From positions 52,105 to 116,104 of the forward strand of contig NMRA01000847.1 of NCBI GenBank assembly GCA_002633005.1: DNA of 64,000 nucleotides, read 5' to 3'. This DNA is from Phoronis australis. Its lineage: Eukaryota; Animalia; Phoronida. The notes under the pieces are model-generated. The model searched no databases. It saw only the letters and a program-made list of their open reading frames with translations, and was not told the origin of the DNA. Shown here piece after piece: positions 62,301-64,000 of this stretch (positions within the stretch are counted from its first letter, which is position 1; each line of letters begins with the position of its first letter). The translations under genes and the position numbers were made by a program.

Positions 62301-63567
62301 GACAAACACAAGGTAAAATAAAATAAATCTTGAAGTGATGTTTTAATGGCAAATTTGAGTAGTTTGCTTAAATATGCGGGAGCTTCACCTTTTTCTGCTT
62401 GAAGTTTGACATTGAGATTAGTTAAGTTTACTTTTAGCCCGCCAAACATCCAACAGGTGTAATATTTTTCTCTCTCGATGGACCATCGATTATTTCCAAG
62501 TATCCCTGTGTTACTTGCTATGACCTTGTTTAGTGCTTGCATTTTTCAATGGCTTGCCATTTTAACATCATCATTGAATAACGTAGAAAATAAATCTGAA
62601 ACTAAATCAGGCGATCCAGATCCTCCCACGGATACTATTGTTTCACGAAATGTATAATATAAATTGGTAAATAAAACAACAAGAACGGGTATAATAATGT
62701 CCTTCGTCAACAGAAACAGAAATAAAGTAAAATCAAACACTATATGACAATTGACATTTAAAATTTGGTGATACTTTGTTGCGGAAAACATTCAGTTGAT
62801 CCATTCTTGTTGTTTTATTTACCTATTTATATTCTACATTGACCTGAACAAACACTTACATGTAGGCATTCATGTACCTGTTGGTTGCAAATAAGTTTAC
62901 GGCACTTTTCCCGATCTTTTCCCTTAAAATCTTCCTAAAAACAGTTTGCCTGTAAAGTGATCTCAATCTATGCTCTTGCATCCCGGAATCAAGCCAATGA
63001 TTCAAAAGAATTTACAAAAAAAATTGAATTTCTCGAGGTGCACCAACAGAATGGCCACCGTATATTGTATGGCATTTAACTCCAGTTTTATGAATTGCTA
63101 GTGAAAAAATGCAAATGCACGCAAGATTCAAATGTGGGCAGACAATTATTTTTGTAATGTCTTTTCTTTGATGAACCATATGTGTGTCACAAACTGATTA
63201 AATACAGGAAAACGTGTCTTTAGAGGAACATGGCAATAAAACTTTGTTTTATGCGTCAGTTCCGGCTCGACAAGTTCCTTTCTATAGCAGCACCTTCAGT
63301 TTTTTTACCTGACACTACACGACAGGCAATGGTGGTAAATTAAGCCTATGATGTCACTGGGTCATGTCTGTCTCCACAGTACGTGTACTTCACGCGTGGT
63401 ACCAATCGAAAAAATGTACCGCCTGGCATTATCGTTTTGGACCAATAAAATGATAAACAACGGTGCAAAACACTTTTTATACCACAATATTAGCGCCAAA
63501 TGGCAGATACAACCGTGTAATAACCCATAAAGTTATCTCACTAGTGAGATAACGATTTGGCGGGAAA

Positions 63568-63638
63568 CCGAGGACGGAGTCGAACCCGGGACCCTAGAGT
63601 TTACAGGTCGCCGACTTAACCACTACACCACGCAGCGA
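63568..63638 (-). mobile_element. tRNA-derived SINE head / tRNA-like pseudogene
   Basis: A box TGGTGTAGTGG, CTGTAAA loop and B box GGTTCGACTCC, but the acceptor and anticodon stems do not pair. Confidence 0.55.
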
Positions 63639-64000
63639 CTGACGTCATCAAGAGTGAAAATAGAATACTTAACTGAGCACGCGCAATAATCGCACGTTCA
63701 ACAAACCTTATTGTACTGTACTTATACGCTAAGAAAACTAAGACTCATAATTTCCATAAAAATGATATCTTCATTCGGTGAAATTTTTCTCTCATGTCCT
63801 CTTACTTGTAAATCACCGATCTCTAGTTTGAATGCGGGTATCGTGTCGTCAGGATCTTTGACTTGAAAATTATATTCAGTTACCAGTGGTAACCTACTTT
63901 AGCAGACGATAATTTCCCGGTCGAAGCTTAGCGTGAAAAAAACGTGTTTTAAGCTATAATAGTTGGTAAACCTTAATTTATAAATTCAATTTATTTCTAT

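Noticed and set aside
63568-63638. Possible tRNA-Tyr(GTA) gene
   Set aside because: A and B boxes are present but the stems do not pair; treated as a SINE head.

Overview
AT-rich, intron-containing, repeat-dense animal DNA, probably from a marine invertebrate; the species cannot be determined from the sequence. Most ORF-track entries are noise. Supported content: (1) a minus-strand spliced gene whose four exons (35060-34841, 20357-20176, 15675-15541, 14408-13985/13899) join in frame into a CABIT-domain (THEMIS/GAREM-like) protein. Downstream candidate exons carry PPPRPPR and YEYL motifs but are not frame-continuous. (2) Kolobok DNA transposons: an internally deleted element (22264-27237, 19-bp TIRs, TTAA TSD) with convergent KolX (P2X7-ballast-like) and THAP-transposase remnants; a young element with 158-bp TIRs spanning an assembly gap (49371-50722); and a third THAP remnant. 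(3) Helentron-type non-autonomous elements (HINEs) with internal tandem arrays, Penelope-like GIY-YIG fragments with minimal hammerhead-ribozyme motifs, LINE/SINE remnants and several MITEs. (4) A ~3-kb unit of two convergent, apparently spliced, non-coding segments marked by a recurrent GCGATCGRGAACG motif, present twice with one copy nested inverted inside the other (38.0-52.3 kb). All family assignments come from motif recognition by eye, not database searches.
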